A DNA stretch of 63,176 nucleotides, the filler included, from Halorussus marinus (GTDB lineage: Archaea; Halobacteriota; Halobacteria; Halobacteriales; Haladaptataceae), in the NCBI RefSeq assembly GCF_004765795.1. It is 4 parts of 4 records of this genome, joined end to end, with 100 filler letters (N's around TTAATTAATTAA, not from the genome) between each part and the next. Parts side by side here need not be neighbours in the genome. Positions count along the whole stretch, not along the records: positions 27,703 to 49,205 come from NZ_SBIV01000016.1; 3 more parts are not named here. One strand, given 5' to 3'. The translations under genes and the position numbers were made by a program. The notes under the pieces are model-generated. The model ran no database searches, was not told the DNA's origin, and saw only the letters and a list, made by a program, of their open reading frames with translations. This document shows positions 37,859 to 47,500 of this stretch, one piece after another; within the stretch, counting starts at the first letter, position 1; each line of letters opens with the position of its first letter.

Positions 37859-40800
37859 TCAGTCCAGCCCTGGCGACGGTTGACTGAGACGATCTCGTTG
37901 GGTTGCTGTTTCTGAAACGTCTTGGAAGCTCGATTGTGCTGTGTCAGGTCCTGGAAGTTGACCGAGACGAACTACGGTGGAATCCGTGGCTGCTGTACCA
38001 GATGGGCCTCTTTCAAGTTTGTCCGAGTCGGCGAATGCACCCCAGAGGAATGGCCACCATCGTCTGAGCCGGTCGTGACCGTCGAAGAGGGCTTTGATGT
38101 CGTCTCCCGGTTGGATACCCTCAAGATACGCTGTCTCGAGGTCGGGTAAGTCGTAGTGGGTGATGAGATGGCACATCACCGCACTAGCGACATCACGGGG
38201 GAACTCAGCGAAGAGTATTCCCGTGTCGGGATCAGGGTCGGCAAAGGGTTCATCCCGATCACTCTGCGGCGTCCACCACGGCTCTAAGTGTGCCTCCCAC
38301 CGGCGACGCCCCTCGATTTCTCGGGGTTCAATGATGTCCCAAGCGGCAAGCTCGTTGATATAGCGGTCGTAGCTACTTTCAGAGATACCTGCGGTATCGA
38401 TGATTTCAGACCGGCCCATCGGATCATCCGCATCAAGCAGGGTTTTGAGGAGCTTCGTCGCTGTTGGTGGAAGGTCGGGTAAGAGTCGTTTCGTGGGGAG
38501 ATTCGACAGTCCGTACGAGATGTCTCGCACGGTGATGAAATCGTAGTTCCGGGAGGATTGAGCAATATGAAGCATTGCTTCGACAACATCGTGAGGACAC
38601 GCTCGATGTGGTCGATCCTCTGTCCCGAGGACACGCAGGAACAGCCGAACAAGTCGCTCGATATCCTGTTTTCCTTCGTGAATATCCTTCTGGTGAGCCA
38701 CCTGGTAGTTCTTCGCTGAAGCGTATTCCTCGACGAGATCACGAATCGCTGAGTAGGAGTTCCCAATCTGGACGGGTATCTCCATTACCGGTGCTGACTC
38801 CTGTCCATTAGCAATCGCGTCACGAATTTCGTTGGTCTCCATTTCAATGGCGCCCTCGATATCATCATAAAGATCGGTCATCGTTGGTCCGGAGAAAACC
38901 CACGATGCGGTCAGATGCATTGTTGAATCAGCATCATCCACCTCGTAGGGAAGACGTCGTTTGAGTTTCTCCGGTCGATCCTCAAGGAGCATCCTATACC
39001 CCGAATGAATCCCGTACACGGACTGTTTCGGGATGGTGTACTGGGCGAAACCGAGAAAGTCGTCGAGACGGCGCTCATCACTGATGAGCATCCCCGTGTC
39101 AGGGACTCGCACGTTGATTGTGACATCCACATCGGCTGCGTAGTAGAGCTGTGTTGCTGAGGCAACCAAGCCGTGCAGATCACGTAGTAACTCAGTCCGG
39201 GCTTCGACGTCGTCACTGTTTGTGAGTTCACCAACTTGTTGCAAACACAAACTGCGAACGGCACCAATACGCTCACGCCAACCATCGTAGTCTTCCTCGT
39301 CCTCGCTGAACCAGCCGATCTGGTGACCCCGACGAATGATTTCTCCAGCTTCTCTATCGAGTTGTTCAACGACTGCATCGTCGATTTCTTCGAACTCGGA
39401 ACCGAGGCGTGATGGTGTGAGAACCTTGCTTAGTGCCTTGTCGCTGAGTAAGGTTCCCGCAATACGTCCCAGGGTAGGGAGGGGGCCGCCCCACTGAGTG
39501 GCTACGAAGAGGTCATCGTCGAAGCAACTGAGATACGATATGCGACCGTCCTCGAAACGCTCGATACGGTCATCGACTAGGGTGACACCACGATCTCGAC
39601 GGCCAGCAAGGTATCGTTGGTGCATTCCCCAGGCATCGAGGACACCAGACGGCCCATCGAGCCATTGAACGTAGTCAGCACCCTCACTAGGATTGCCTGT
39701 CGCAGCTATCCAATCCTCCGCTGTCCCAGGCTGATCCCCCTCCCTCGTGTCCGATCGCGCGGGATACACTGTACTTGCTTGGGGCTGAGGGGTCGGCGTA
39801 AGATGCGTCTCCAGCGTCGATTGGGTCGGATGGATCACCCGGTAGTCCGTGGTGACATGCTGCTCAACTGCTACTTGTCCTAAGCCGGTGAGGGATGCGC
39901 TGTTGTATTGTCCACGACGGTCGATATCCACAAGCCCTAATTCTTCTAGATCGAGGATGTAACGGCCGACAGTCCCTGCCTGCACGTCAATCTCATCATC
40001 CTGCTTGAGATCACGATAGTCCCGAGATCCCTCTATAGGGAGGTTCCCAAGCAGACGGAGTCTCCCCGATTCCTCTGGGAGGTTCTGTATTGCTTCCCAT
40101 GCTTCCCCGAGCTGCTCCGCCGATGGTTGTCCGTCGCCACCCGCTGATTCTACAGAGGAGGTCTCACGGGTTTCAGTAAGACGGAGATGGGAGTCATACC
40201 AGTCTGGATACCGTCGCTCAATCGCGGCGTCTAACGCTGGTGAAATAACCAGGCGGACGTCGAAGGTGGAGCCGAGCACGGCGATAGCTGCAAGTGCTCG
40301 GATACCTGTTCCTCTATCGTCGAGTTTTGACCACAACTCGCCATCAAGGACAAGCGTGATCGGTTGCGGTGCGTCATCGAGCTCATCGTGGAGTCGTACG
40401 GGTCCCTTGGCGAGGGCTTCAAGGCCAGCGTTGAGTGGGCCACGTCCGGTACTGATCGTAGTGAGAGTCTGTTTAAGCGATTTGCACCGCTGCTGGTGAT
40501 ACTCCGAAAGTTCGTCGAGATCATCTTCGTCGACGTCAGAATATTTGACTGCGAACTCGACAAGTGATTCTACGTATTCAACCGCTTCAGCCTCTGCATC
40601 ACTCCAAATATCCGTTGTGGAGCACCATTCTTGATGGTCGAACCCCAGGGTTTCCTCTTGAAGACGGCGATAGACGGTGTTGTATCGTGCGTGCGTGAGG
40701 ACTTCTGGGTCTTCTTGCCGGATGAATTTTCGAACCGATTGAATACTCCGTGGAAGTAGTTCCTCAAGAAGGTCAGGTATCCATTCTGTTACCCGTGGAG

Positions 40801-40888
40801 TGACCTCGGTGATGGTAAGTCCAGCAGTAGAGAGGTTCCCTCCTGGAACGATCTTCCGGATTCCTTGGTGTCGATTAGGCGTGTGCAT
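37859..40888 (-). CDS. repH: Haloarchaeal plasmid replication protein RepH
   Basis: 1009-aa acidic protein with two winged-helix-like segments; size and sequence recalled as Halobacterium pNRC100-type RepH; par genes nearby. Confidence 0.85.
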   Translation of the reverse strand: MHTPNRHQGIRKIVPGGNLSTAGLTITEVTPRVTEWIPDLLEELLPRSIQSVRKFIRQEDPEVLTHARYNTVYRRLQEETLGFDHQEWCSTTDIWSDAEAEAVEYVESLVEFAVKYSDVDEDDLDELSEYHQQRCKSLKQTLTTISTGRGPLNAGLEALAKGPVRLHDELDDAPQPITLVLDGELWSKLDDRGTGIRALAAIAVLGSTFDVRLVISPALDAAIERRYPDWYDSHLRLTETRETSSVESAGGDGQPSAEQLGEAWEAIQNLPEESGRLRLLGNLPIEGSRDYRDLKQDDEIDVQAGTVGRYILDLEELGLVDIDRRGQYNSASLTGLGQVAVEQHVTTDYRVIHPTQSTLETHLTPTPQPQASTVYPARSDTREGDQPGTAEDWIAATGNPSEGADYVQWLDGPSGVLDAWGMHQRYLAGRRDRGVTLVDDRIERFEDGRISYLSCFDDDLFVATQWGGPLPTLGRIAGTLLSDKALSKVLTPSRLGSEFEEIDDAVVEQLDREAGEIIRRGHQIGWFSEDEEDYDGWRERIGAVRSLCLQQVGELTNSDDVEARTELLRDLHGLVASATQLYYAADVDVTINVRVPDTGMLISDERRLDDFLGFAQYTIPKQSVYGIHSGYRMLLEDRPEKLKRRLPYEVDDADSTMHLTASWVFSGPTMTDLYDDIEGAIEMETNEIRDAIANGQESAPVMEIPVQIGNSYSAIRDLVEEYASAKNYQVAHQKDIHEGKQDIERLVRLFLRVLGTEDRPHRACPHDVVEAMLHIAQSSRNYDFITVRDISYGLSNLPTKRLLPDLPPTATKLLKTLLDADDPMGRSEIIDTAGISESSYDRYINELAAWDIIEPREIEGRRRWEAHLEPWWTPQSDRDEPFADPDPDTGILFAEFPRDVASAVMCHLITHYDLPDLETAYLEGIQPGDDIKALFDGHDRLRRWWPFLWGAFADSDKLERGPSGTAATDSTVVRLGQLPGPDTAQSSFQDVSETATQRDRLSQPSPGLD

Positions 40889-41392
40889 GCAGTCCGTGGA
40901 GAGATGCGGACTGCGTGGAAGCCGGCAAATGCGAGGGTCCCGAAACCAATTTGACCCCTCGCGTCCACATTGTGGATAGGAGCGTGCTGATAATACCGCT
41001 CCATCCGTGTTGAGGGCCGGCTCCGCTGGTCCGCTTCAGCGATACTGCAAAACGACATCCGGGGCGAGGCCTGGTAGCATCGGACCCGGATTGTCGTTTG
41101 AATCTGTACCTGTGAGTCATCGGTCTGGAGTAGCGTCAGCTACTCGCGGTCACCTCGGTCTTGGTGTGTCTGTGTGGTTTGCATCGCTGTCACCGCCTGT
41201 TGAGGACATTTCATTTGGCAGCGCAGCGGCTCCTCGTGGGGGTAACGCTTAAGCCCACGGACGAAGAAGGCCCAGGTAGCCAACCAGAGGACACGAGAGG
41301 TTCGTGTCCGGGGCCTTCTTTAGGCTTCCAACGCCGACCAGTGATTACTTTGTCCTGCCTTGGCCCCTTGTTTTCACGGATGCAACTTAAAG
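40889..41392 (-). promoter_or_regulatory. Long hairpin-rich region upstream of repH (putative structured leader)
   Basis: At least six stem-loops; minus-strand TTTAAG box near 41387-41392. Confidence 0.5.
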
Positions 41393-41511
41393 GTAACAGT
41401 CGGTGTCTGACGATCCCCAAAAGATAGGCGTACATCAAGGGCTCATCTCAGAGTTTGTTTCTATCTTGACCTGCGATAGAAACGCGAAATCACATATATG
41501 GGATTTGATTA

Positions 41512-42581
41512 GAGGGTGTCATAGAACGATTACCACACCAAAGAGCAGGGTGAACGCTGAGGTGGAATGAGTTCAGCGACCCTGCAAGATGATCCTTCGG
41601 TAGAGTCGTTCTTCAATGTCGCGGAGACCGAGACGTTAGCGTTGTTTGAGCACCTTTCCTTCGAGTTTCTTGAAGAGTTCGACGTGTTCGCCCCGGCGCA
41701 GACGGGGCGAACACGAGAGCACGAGCCACCAGAGATGATGTGTGGGTTCCTCCACTGCTGCTACAAGGACATCTACGGGATTCGTCCCGTTGAACGAGAG
41801 CTTCGGAACACGGTCGTTTGGCTGAGCTGTGGCTTCGATCGACCGCCGTCGAGAGACGCGGTCGATCGCTTTCTCACCGTCCTCGAACACGTCGTCGACG
41901 AAGTCTTTGACCAACTCGTCGAGCAGGCCGCCCGCCGCGGCCTGCTCGACTTGACCTACTCCATCGATTCAACCGACGTGAGGGCGATGCCTGCCGATCA
42001 AGACGCGTCGAAGTGCTACGATCCAACCGACGACGAGTACTACTACGGCTACGGCTGTACGATCGTCTCGACCGGGCAAAAGATCCCAATTGCAGCGGAA
42101 TTCACAGAGAGTAGACAAGCGCCAGAGGAGACGGCGATGCGCGTCACGCGTGACGCGCTCGCCGTCGCCACGCCGATCTGGATGGTCGGTGACAGCGCCT
42201 ACGACACGCTCGACTGGCACGACCACCTGCTGGCCGCAGGGGGTCGTGCCAGTCGCTCCGTACAACGCACGAAACACCGACGACCCGCTCGATATCGAGT
42301 ACAGGGTCGAAGACCGCATCGAACAACACAGCGAGGACGTACAGCTGAAGCAATCGACGCTGGACGAGACGTACAACCGCCGTACGGGAGTCGAGCGAAC
42401 CAACGAATCAGTGAAGGACTGCGGCCTCGGGCGAACGCACGCCCGAGGCCGCGTCCACGCACGAGCGCAGGTGTTTCTTGCTCTGTGCCTTCGCCTCGTC
42501 GTCGCAATTACCAACTACGAACGCGGAGACAATCCGGGAAGCACGATCATCACGGTGTGAGAAGAGTTCTATGACACCCTC
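41512..42581 (+). mobile_element. ISH11-like insertion sequence, 1070 bp
   Basis: Perfect 16-bp TIR GAGGGTGTCATAGAAC; 8-bp target duplication TTTGATTA (41504-41511, 42582-42589). Confidence 0.93.
41567..42560 (+). pseudogene. DDE transposase with a +1 frameshift
   Basis: IDST and GDSAYD in frame 1; YNRRTGVERTN in a second frame; extra G in the GGGGG run at about 42239-42243. Confidence 0.85.
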
Positions 42582-42802
42582 TTTGATTATTCTAGAATCG
42601 GATAGATCCATATTCATTATCAATTATATTACCATTAGCAAATTCGCTGTTCACACTTGCCCACAGAGTAGAGAATTTTGAGGAGGAAGAACCTACCTGA
42701 ACCTATGAAAAGCCTGATTTCGCGGGTTTCAGAATTCTCTTCTATTCATAGGAAAGTTTAATTAGTGTTCGCATAAAATGGTCAACTGAGAAGAAATAAT
42801 AT

Positions 42803-43534
42803 ATGGAACGAGATGTTGAACCCCTCTCCCGTCAAGCGATGAGTCTATTTACTGATGCTGCGGAGTCGTTCGACGATGATGTGGTAGCGCTGACCGCGCT
42901 CATTGCACTCTTTACAGGTGTCCGAAACTATACCATCGGTCATATCCATGCAGATTGGTTTAATCATGTAAATGGGGCACTGTGGATGAAGGTGCCAACA
43001 AAAACCCCTTGCACAAAGACGGCTGATGACACGATCTGTGGCGACTGTAACCAAAACAAGCGAGGAGGTCGAGACTTCGCTCCGAAGAGCGATGCTGGCG
43101 GAGGAAGACGGCTCAAAATCCCAGAATCGTGGCACAACAAACACACCGATACTGAATCTCAACAGGACCTCTCACTTCGTTCGATGATTGAGCATCATTT
43201 TAAATTAGAGGAAGAGAGTCACGGCAACATGCTACTGGGAGGCAAAGGGCTGTCGAAGCGGACAGTTAACAAGTACGTCAAGGCCGTTGCCGAGGAGGCA
43301 GATATTGGATTCTTTAGAAATAATGGATACGTTCAACATCGTGATTTGGGTCGGGTGCCCGATCTGTTCCCTCACGATCTGCGTGCCACCTACTGCGTGC
43401 AGTTAGCCCGTAACGACGCGAATCCATGGAAAATGTGCAAGCGAACAGGCCACGCTGACATCGAATCGTTGAAACCCTACATCAAGATTGCGTCACAGGA
43501 GATTGAGGGCGACTTTGAAAACAGTTTCATTTGA
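42803..43534 (+). CDS. Tyrosine recombinase, catalytic domain only
   Basis: FTGVR, PK, PHDLRATY, GHADIESLKPY: full R-K-H-R-H-Y set; Cys-containing insertion (C...CGDC). Confidence 0.9.
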   Translation: MERDVEPLSRQAMSLFTDAAESFDDDVVALTALIALFTGVRNYTIGHIHADWFNHVNGALWMKVPTKTPCTKTADDTICGDCNQNKRGGRDFAPKSDAGGGRRLKIPESWHNKHTDTESQQDLSLRSMIEHHFKLEEESHGNMLLGGKGLSKRTVNKYVKAVAEEADIGFFRNNGYVQHRDLGRVPDLFPHDLRATYCVQLARNDANPWKMCKRTGHADIESLKPYIKIASQEIEGDFENSFI

Positions 43535-43537
43535 GAT

Positions 43538-45070
43538 ATGCCCTATTCAGAGATTGAGCTTTTAGAAGAGTTCAATCGGCTTGCCGAAGAGCTGGGTCAC
43601 ACGCCGACGGTTTCTGATATGGATGAACATGGAAAGATTACTAGCACACCGTTCTATGACCACTTCGACTCTTGGGACGATCTGGTTGAAAAATCAGATT
43701 TGCCACCAACTCGACAAAGCGGACAGACACGACCATCAAAAGACCACCTCATAGAGGATTTCAAACGGGTGAGTGAGGAGCTCAACCGAACCCCAAAGAC
43801 GACAGATATTGCTGAACACGGAAAGTATAGCTTCCAACAATATTATTACGCATTCAACGACTGGAATGATGTCGCAGATGCCGCAGGGCTGCCGTCGACC
43901 TCTCGTGGTATCCCTGACGAAGACCTTCTTGATGATCTCACTAGGTTAGCAGATGATCTCGGTCATACACCAAAACAAGACGAAGTGATTAAAGATGGAA
44001 AATACTCAGTCAAACCATATAGGGCCCGATGGGGGACGTTCAACGAGGCATTAGTCGCGGCGGGACTGAAACCGAATCGCGAAGTCTTCATCAGCCGTCG
44101 GAGGCTGCTCAATGAAATCCATCGGTTAGCAGACGAGTATGGAGAAGCCCCACCCAAGAGCGCACTCGCCGAAAGCGGAGAGTTTTCCGAGGCTCCGTAC
44201 CGGAGAATCTGGGGGAGTTGGAACGAAGCAGTCCGCAGTGCGGGGTATAGCCCGACGCCACCATGCCGTCCTATTGACAACAAAAAGCTCCTCAACGAGA
44301 TCGACCGATTCGTCGAAGAGAATAATAAAGTACCAACGTATAATGAAATGGATGAAATTGGTGAGTTCAGCGCCACAGCGTATGGGAGCAACTTTCCCTC
44401 GTGGAATATTGCATTGATTCGAGCAGGATACTATAGCCGTTACAGGCGGCCACTATCTCCAGAAGCCATCCACAGATTCCACCGGAAGATAAAGCTACTC
44501 CCAGCAACTGAACAGTCGTTGGTTCTCTTGGCCATGTTCACCGGACTTCCATGGCTGGTTGAACAACATTTCGAATGCAGTTGGGTTCGAGAGTTAGGAG
44601 AAGAATATATCATCCATGTCCCAGACGAGTTAGCTCCAGACAGGGGCCAGCGCTGGGAATTCCGACTCCCGAATAGATGGAACAATCCCTACACTAAAGA
44701 AAGAGAAAAAACTGGGCTTAAGCAGGGTATACAGTGGCTTCTCAATTCCTCATTCCCTACAGCAGCTACATCCACCCGCCAGATTCTCCTCGATAGAGTT
44801 CAGGAAGTAGCCGAACAGGCTGAACTAAGCGATTTCCGCAGGCTCGTGCATATGGCCGGTGATCGTACTTTACGGGTCCGTCCGACTGATTTGCGCGAAA
44901 CCCACGGCGTACTACTAGCTCACAATGGAAACACCCCCGAGTTCATCAGACAACGGCTTGGGATGGACTCTGTTAAGCAAACTCGACGCTTTTTCGAATA
45001 TCTCAATGCAGATCATATCGATTATAACAGGAATACGGCCTCGTCTCACGAATGGGACAGTATCGATTAG
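43538..45070 (+). CDS. Five homing-endonuclease-associated helical repeats fused to a degenerate tyrosine-recombinase domain
   Basis: Five ~60-aa repeats (L...L..TP......G.YS...Y...FGSWN.A...AG); C-terminus aligns with the upstream integrase but reads FTGLP, PTDLRETH, LGM...RRF. Confidence 0.85.
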   Translation: MPYSEIELLEEFNRLAEELGHTPTVSDMDEHGKITSTPFYDHFDSWDDLVEKSDLPPTRQSGQTRPSKDHLIEDFKRVSEELNRTPKTTDIAEHGKYSFQQYYYAFNDWNDVADAAGLPSTSRGIPDEDLLDDLTRLADDLGHTPKQDEVIKDGKYSVKPYRARWGTFNEALVAAGLKPNREVFISRRRLLNEIHRLADEYGEAPPKSALAESGEFSEAPYRRIWGSWNEAVRSAGYSPTPPCRPIDNKKLLNEIDRFVEENNKVPTYNEMDEIGEFSATAYGSNFPSWNIALIRAGYYSRYRRPLSPEAIHRFHRKIKLLPATEQSLVLLAMFTGLPWLVEQHFECSWVRELGEEYIIHVPDELAPDRGQRWEFRLPNRWNNPYTKEREKTGLKQGIQWLLNSSFPTAATSTRQILLDRVQEVAEQAELSDFRRLVHMAGDRTLRVRPTDLRETHGVLLAHNGNTPEFIRQRLGMDSVKQTRRFFEYLNADHIDYNRNTASSHEWDSID

Positions 45071-45341
45071 TCTGCTTGCATCCCCGCCACGCGCCATTTC
45101 ATTCGCGCCCACACTCCTGCCCTCCTCGTCGGTCAGCGAGACGGTCAATCGGCTCATTATTTACTTCTTCACCGCTTGTGTGAGCCTACGAATACTCAGA
45201 TAGCCTGTTGCACGGTTTCAAAATTAGCTCAGTCTCATCAAACATCAGCCGCTTGTGAATACTGATCTTTCTTTGTGATAGCTCGTTGCACGTTCAAAAT
45301 TAATTCGCCAGAGGGAGCGAGAACGGTGTCTGACGGAGATT

Positions 45342-45404
45342 TATATTATCCGAAAAAAGTGTATTACTCGAATGGCCCGAAAAACTCGTATTATGCGAGA
45401 TACA
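45342..45404. repeat. Array of seven degenerate 9-bp units upstream of parA
   Basis: TATATTATC/CGAAAAAAG/TGTATTACT/CGAATGGCC/CGAAAAACT/CGTATTATG/CGAGATACA. Confidence 0.6.
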
Positions 45405-45417
45405 CGGAGGTGGTAGC

Positions 45418-46218
45418 ATGAGGATCGACGTCGGAATGCAGAAAGGAGGAGTTGGGAAAACGACGACAAGCATCAATCTCGCCGGTGCGCTTGCCGACAG
45501 AGGACACGATGTCTTGGCTGTTGATGCTGATCCACAGGGTGGACTCACACTCAAACTCGGCCACCGCGAGCAGTATCGGGAGGGCGAGTACGCGCTCTAT
45601 GACGTCCTCTCTGAGATGGGGCAGCTCACCCTTGACGACCTCGATGAACTAGTCGTCCAAGGAGCTGAGTTCGATATAGTCCCATCCCATTTACGCAACT
45701 TCCGGCTTGAGAAGCACCTGTACTCCGAAGCCCGTGGAGTTGAGGCCCTCAAACTCGCGCTCGACCGCCTCACAGTAGACTACGACTACGTTGTGATCGA
45801 TTCCCCGCCGAACCTCGGACCACTCGCTGACGGGGCGCTGCTTGCCGCTGAGAACGTTCTATTCCCGAGCCACGCGAACACGATTGCGAAAGACTCTCTC
45901 GAAATCCTGTTTGATGAGATCGACACCTTGGAGGACAAGTTCGATGACGTCAACATCTCTACCGTCGCAGCTGTCCTGAACGAGGTCGGCCGTGATGGCG
46001 TAAGTAGTGAAATGCAGGATTGGTTCGTCGGCACGTTCGGCGAGGATTACGTCTTCGAGATTCCGGACTGGGCAGTGGTTGAGCACGCCATTGAATACCG
46101 AACTTCGGTGTTCGCGTATAATCCGGATGATGCAGGTTACTCGTGGGATGCAGAAAAAGCAGAAGCACTGCGTGACAAATACAGTGCAATCGCCACACAC
46201 GTGGAGGATCTCTCATGA
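45418..46218 (+). CDS. parA: ParA/Soj partition ATPase
   Basis: QKGGVGKTT, DADPQG, YDYVVIDSPP; GGAGGTG RBS. Confidence 0.95.
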   Translation: MRIDVGMQKGGVGKTTTSINLAGALADRGHDVLAVDADPQGGLTLKLGHREQYREGEYALYDVLSEMGQLTLDDLDELVVQGAEFDIVPSHLRNFRLEKHLYSEARGVEALKLALDRLTVDYDYVVIDSPPNLGPLADGALLAAENVLFPSHANTIAKDSLEILFDEIDTLEDKFDDVNISTVAAVLNEVGRDGVSSEMQDWFVGTFGEDYVFEIPDWAVVEHAIEYRTSVFAYNPDDAGYSWDAEKAEALRDKYSAIATHVEDLS

Positions 46219-46607
46219 GCGATCCAAAAGACGAACTCGGGCAACGATTCGACGACCGACGGCCAGACAGCGACGACAAAGAGGAGAACATGAGCCAGTC
46301 AGATAACACGAATAATACGAGTGAGTCGAATAACTCGAATAATACAGGTAATTCGGGTAGTACGAGTAATAAGCCAGGACCTGACCCGAATCCAACCTCG
46401 ACTCGGAATCGACGTCAAGTACCAATGTATCTCCCCGACGAAAGGGCAGATCGTCTGGACTCACTTTACGAGCAGTTAGACGGACGCTCAAAAGTCGCTG
46501 GAGAAGGGGGAATTGAGAAGCACGCAGACTTCATGGAAGCGCTCGTAGACTTCGCCATCGAGCACGAAGATGAATTAGCGGACCGACTTGGCATCAAGAA
46601 AGAATAG
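46215..46607 (+). CDS. ParA partner, probable DNA-binding adaptor (RHH-like C-terminus)
   Basis: ATGA-coupled; disordered N/S/T linker, then RQVPMYLP..IEKHADFMEAL. Confidence 0.8.
   Translation: MSDPKDELGQRFDDRRPDSDDKEENMSQSDNTNNTSESNNSNNTGNSGSTSNKPGPDPNPTSTRNRRQVPMYLPDERADRLDSLYEQLDGRSKVAGEGGIEKHADFMEALVDFAIEHEDELADRLGIKKE
46302..46373 (+). repeat. Eight tandem 9-bp units (consensus RRTAAYWCG) inside the partner gene
   Basis: GATAACACG AATAATACG AGTGAGTCG AATAACTCG AATAATACA GGTAATTCG GGTAGTACG AGTAATAAG. Confidence 0.8.
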
Positions 46608-46667
46608 ACGTCCCTACAGAGGAGGGAAATTACGCGGGCACGTCGGTGTGAACCCTACAATCCAAAC

Positions 46668-46880
46668 TCACGATTGGTCAAGTTTGTTGGGGTGTTTCTC
46701 ATCAGCCAACATCTCTTGCGCTTCTGAAGATTCGATTTCGCCTATACTAACATCATATACTGCCGTGCATCCGCCGGGGCATCCTTGCATACTTCGGTGT
46801 TGCTCGTTGGTTTCTGTATCGTAAATCCAGTCAACGTCTGCCAAGCAGATCGGACAGCTGATTGTGACTTTCAGTAACAT
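46668..46880 (-). CDS. Possible small Zn-ribbon protein
   Basis: CPIC...CPGGC; divergent from the repressor gene; start uncertain. Confidence 0.45.
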   Translation of the reverse strand: MLLKVTISCPICLADVDWIYDTETNEQHRSMQGCPGGCTAVYDVSIGEIESSEAQEMLADEKHPNKLDQS

Positions 46881-47064
46881 CGATTTGTATTGGTGGATAG
46901 TATCTGGTTCTGATTTTAGGCCGGTCCAGTTGACTCGCCTCACTCATCTCCTTATCGAGCGGCCTGATAAATCTTGACCAAATATTTGTTCATAGTGAGC
47001 CATTATTTGTCTGAAAAGTGATAATAGTCGTGCCCATAAAATTGGTCTAAGTGAGCCACAATCA

Positions 47065-47331
47065 ATGAGACAGCGTGCGGATTGGATGACCGGAGCCGAT
47101 GATACCATCTTAGAATTTCTCGCAGAAACAGATGCAGCCTTCTCAAAACGAGGATTAGAGGTGAATTTTGAACGAGAAAATATCGGTCTATCCTATTCAA
47201 CTCTGAAACGTCGTCTACCAACCTTGGAAGAACACGGCCTCGTTGAAGAGCTCGAAACAGAAGGAGCTTGGTATCGTATCACAGAGCAGGGACGGGCATA
47301 TCTCGCGGGAGAATTCGACGCAAGTACCTAA
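47065..47331 (+). CDS. Winged-helix protein, phiH1-repressor-like
   Basis: MRQRADWMT..DDTILEFL...RRL..L...GLV....YRITEQGRAYLAGE. Confidence 0.8.
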   Translation: MRQRADWMTGADDTILEFLAETDAAFSKRGLEVNFERENIGLSYSTLKRRLPTLEEHGLVEELETEGAWYRITEQGRAYLAGEFDAST

Positions 47332-47500
47332 GCCGTTCTAAACCATCCCAACGGACAGATAGCACCAATACCTATCAGAAGCGGCGTGACCGATACAGAC
47401 TGTGTATGCAATGGTGAGTTATTGTTCATTCCAGCCATCTCAGTTCTACTTTGACCCCGGTTAGCGACTATTTTAGTGCATCCAGCACCCATAGACCTCT

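Noticed and set aside
46302..46373. Possible CRISPR array
   Set aside because: 9-bp tandem units with no spacers; no cas genes or repeat-spacer array seen anywhere in the window.
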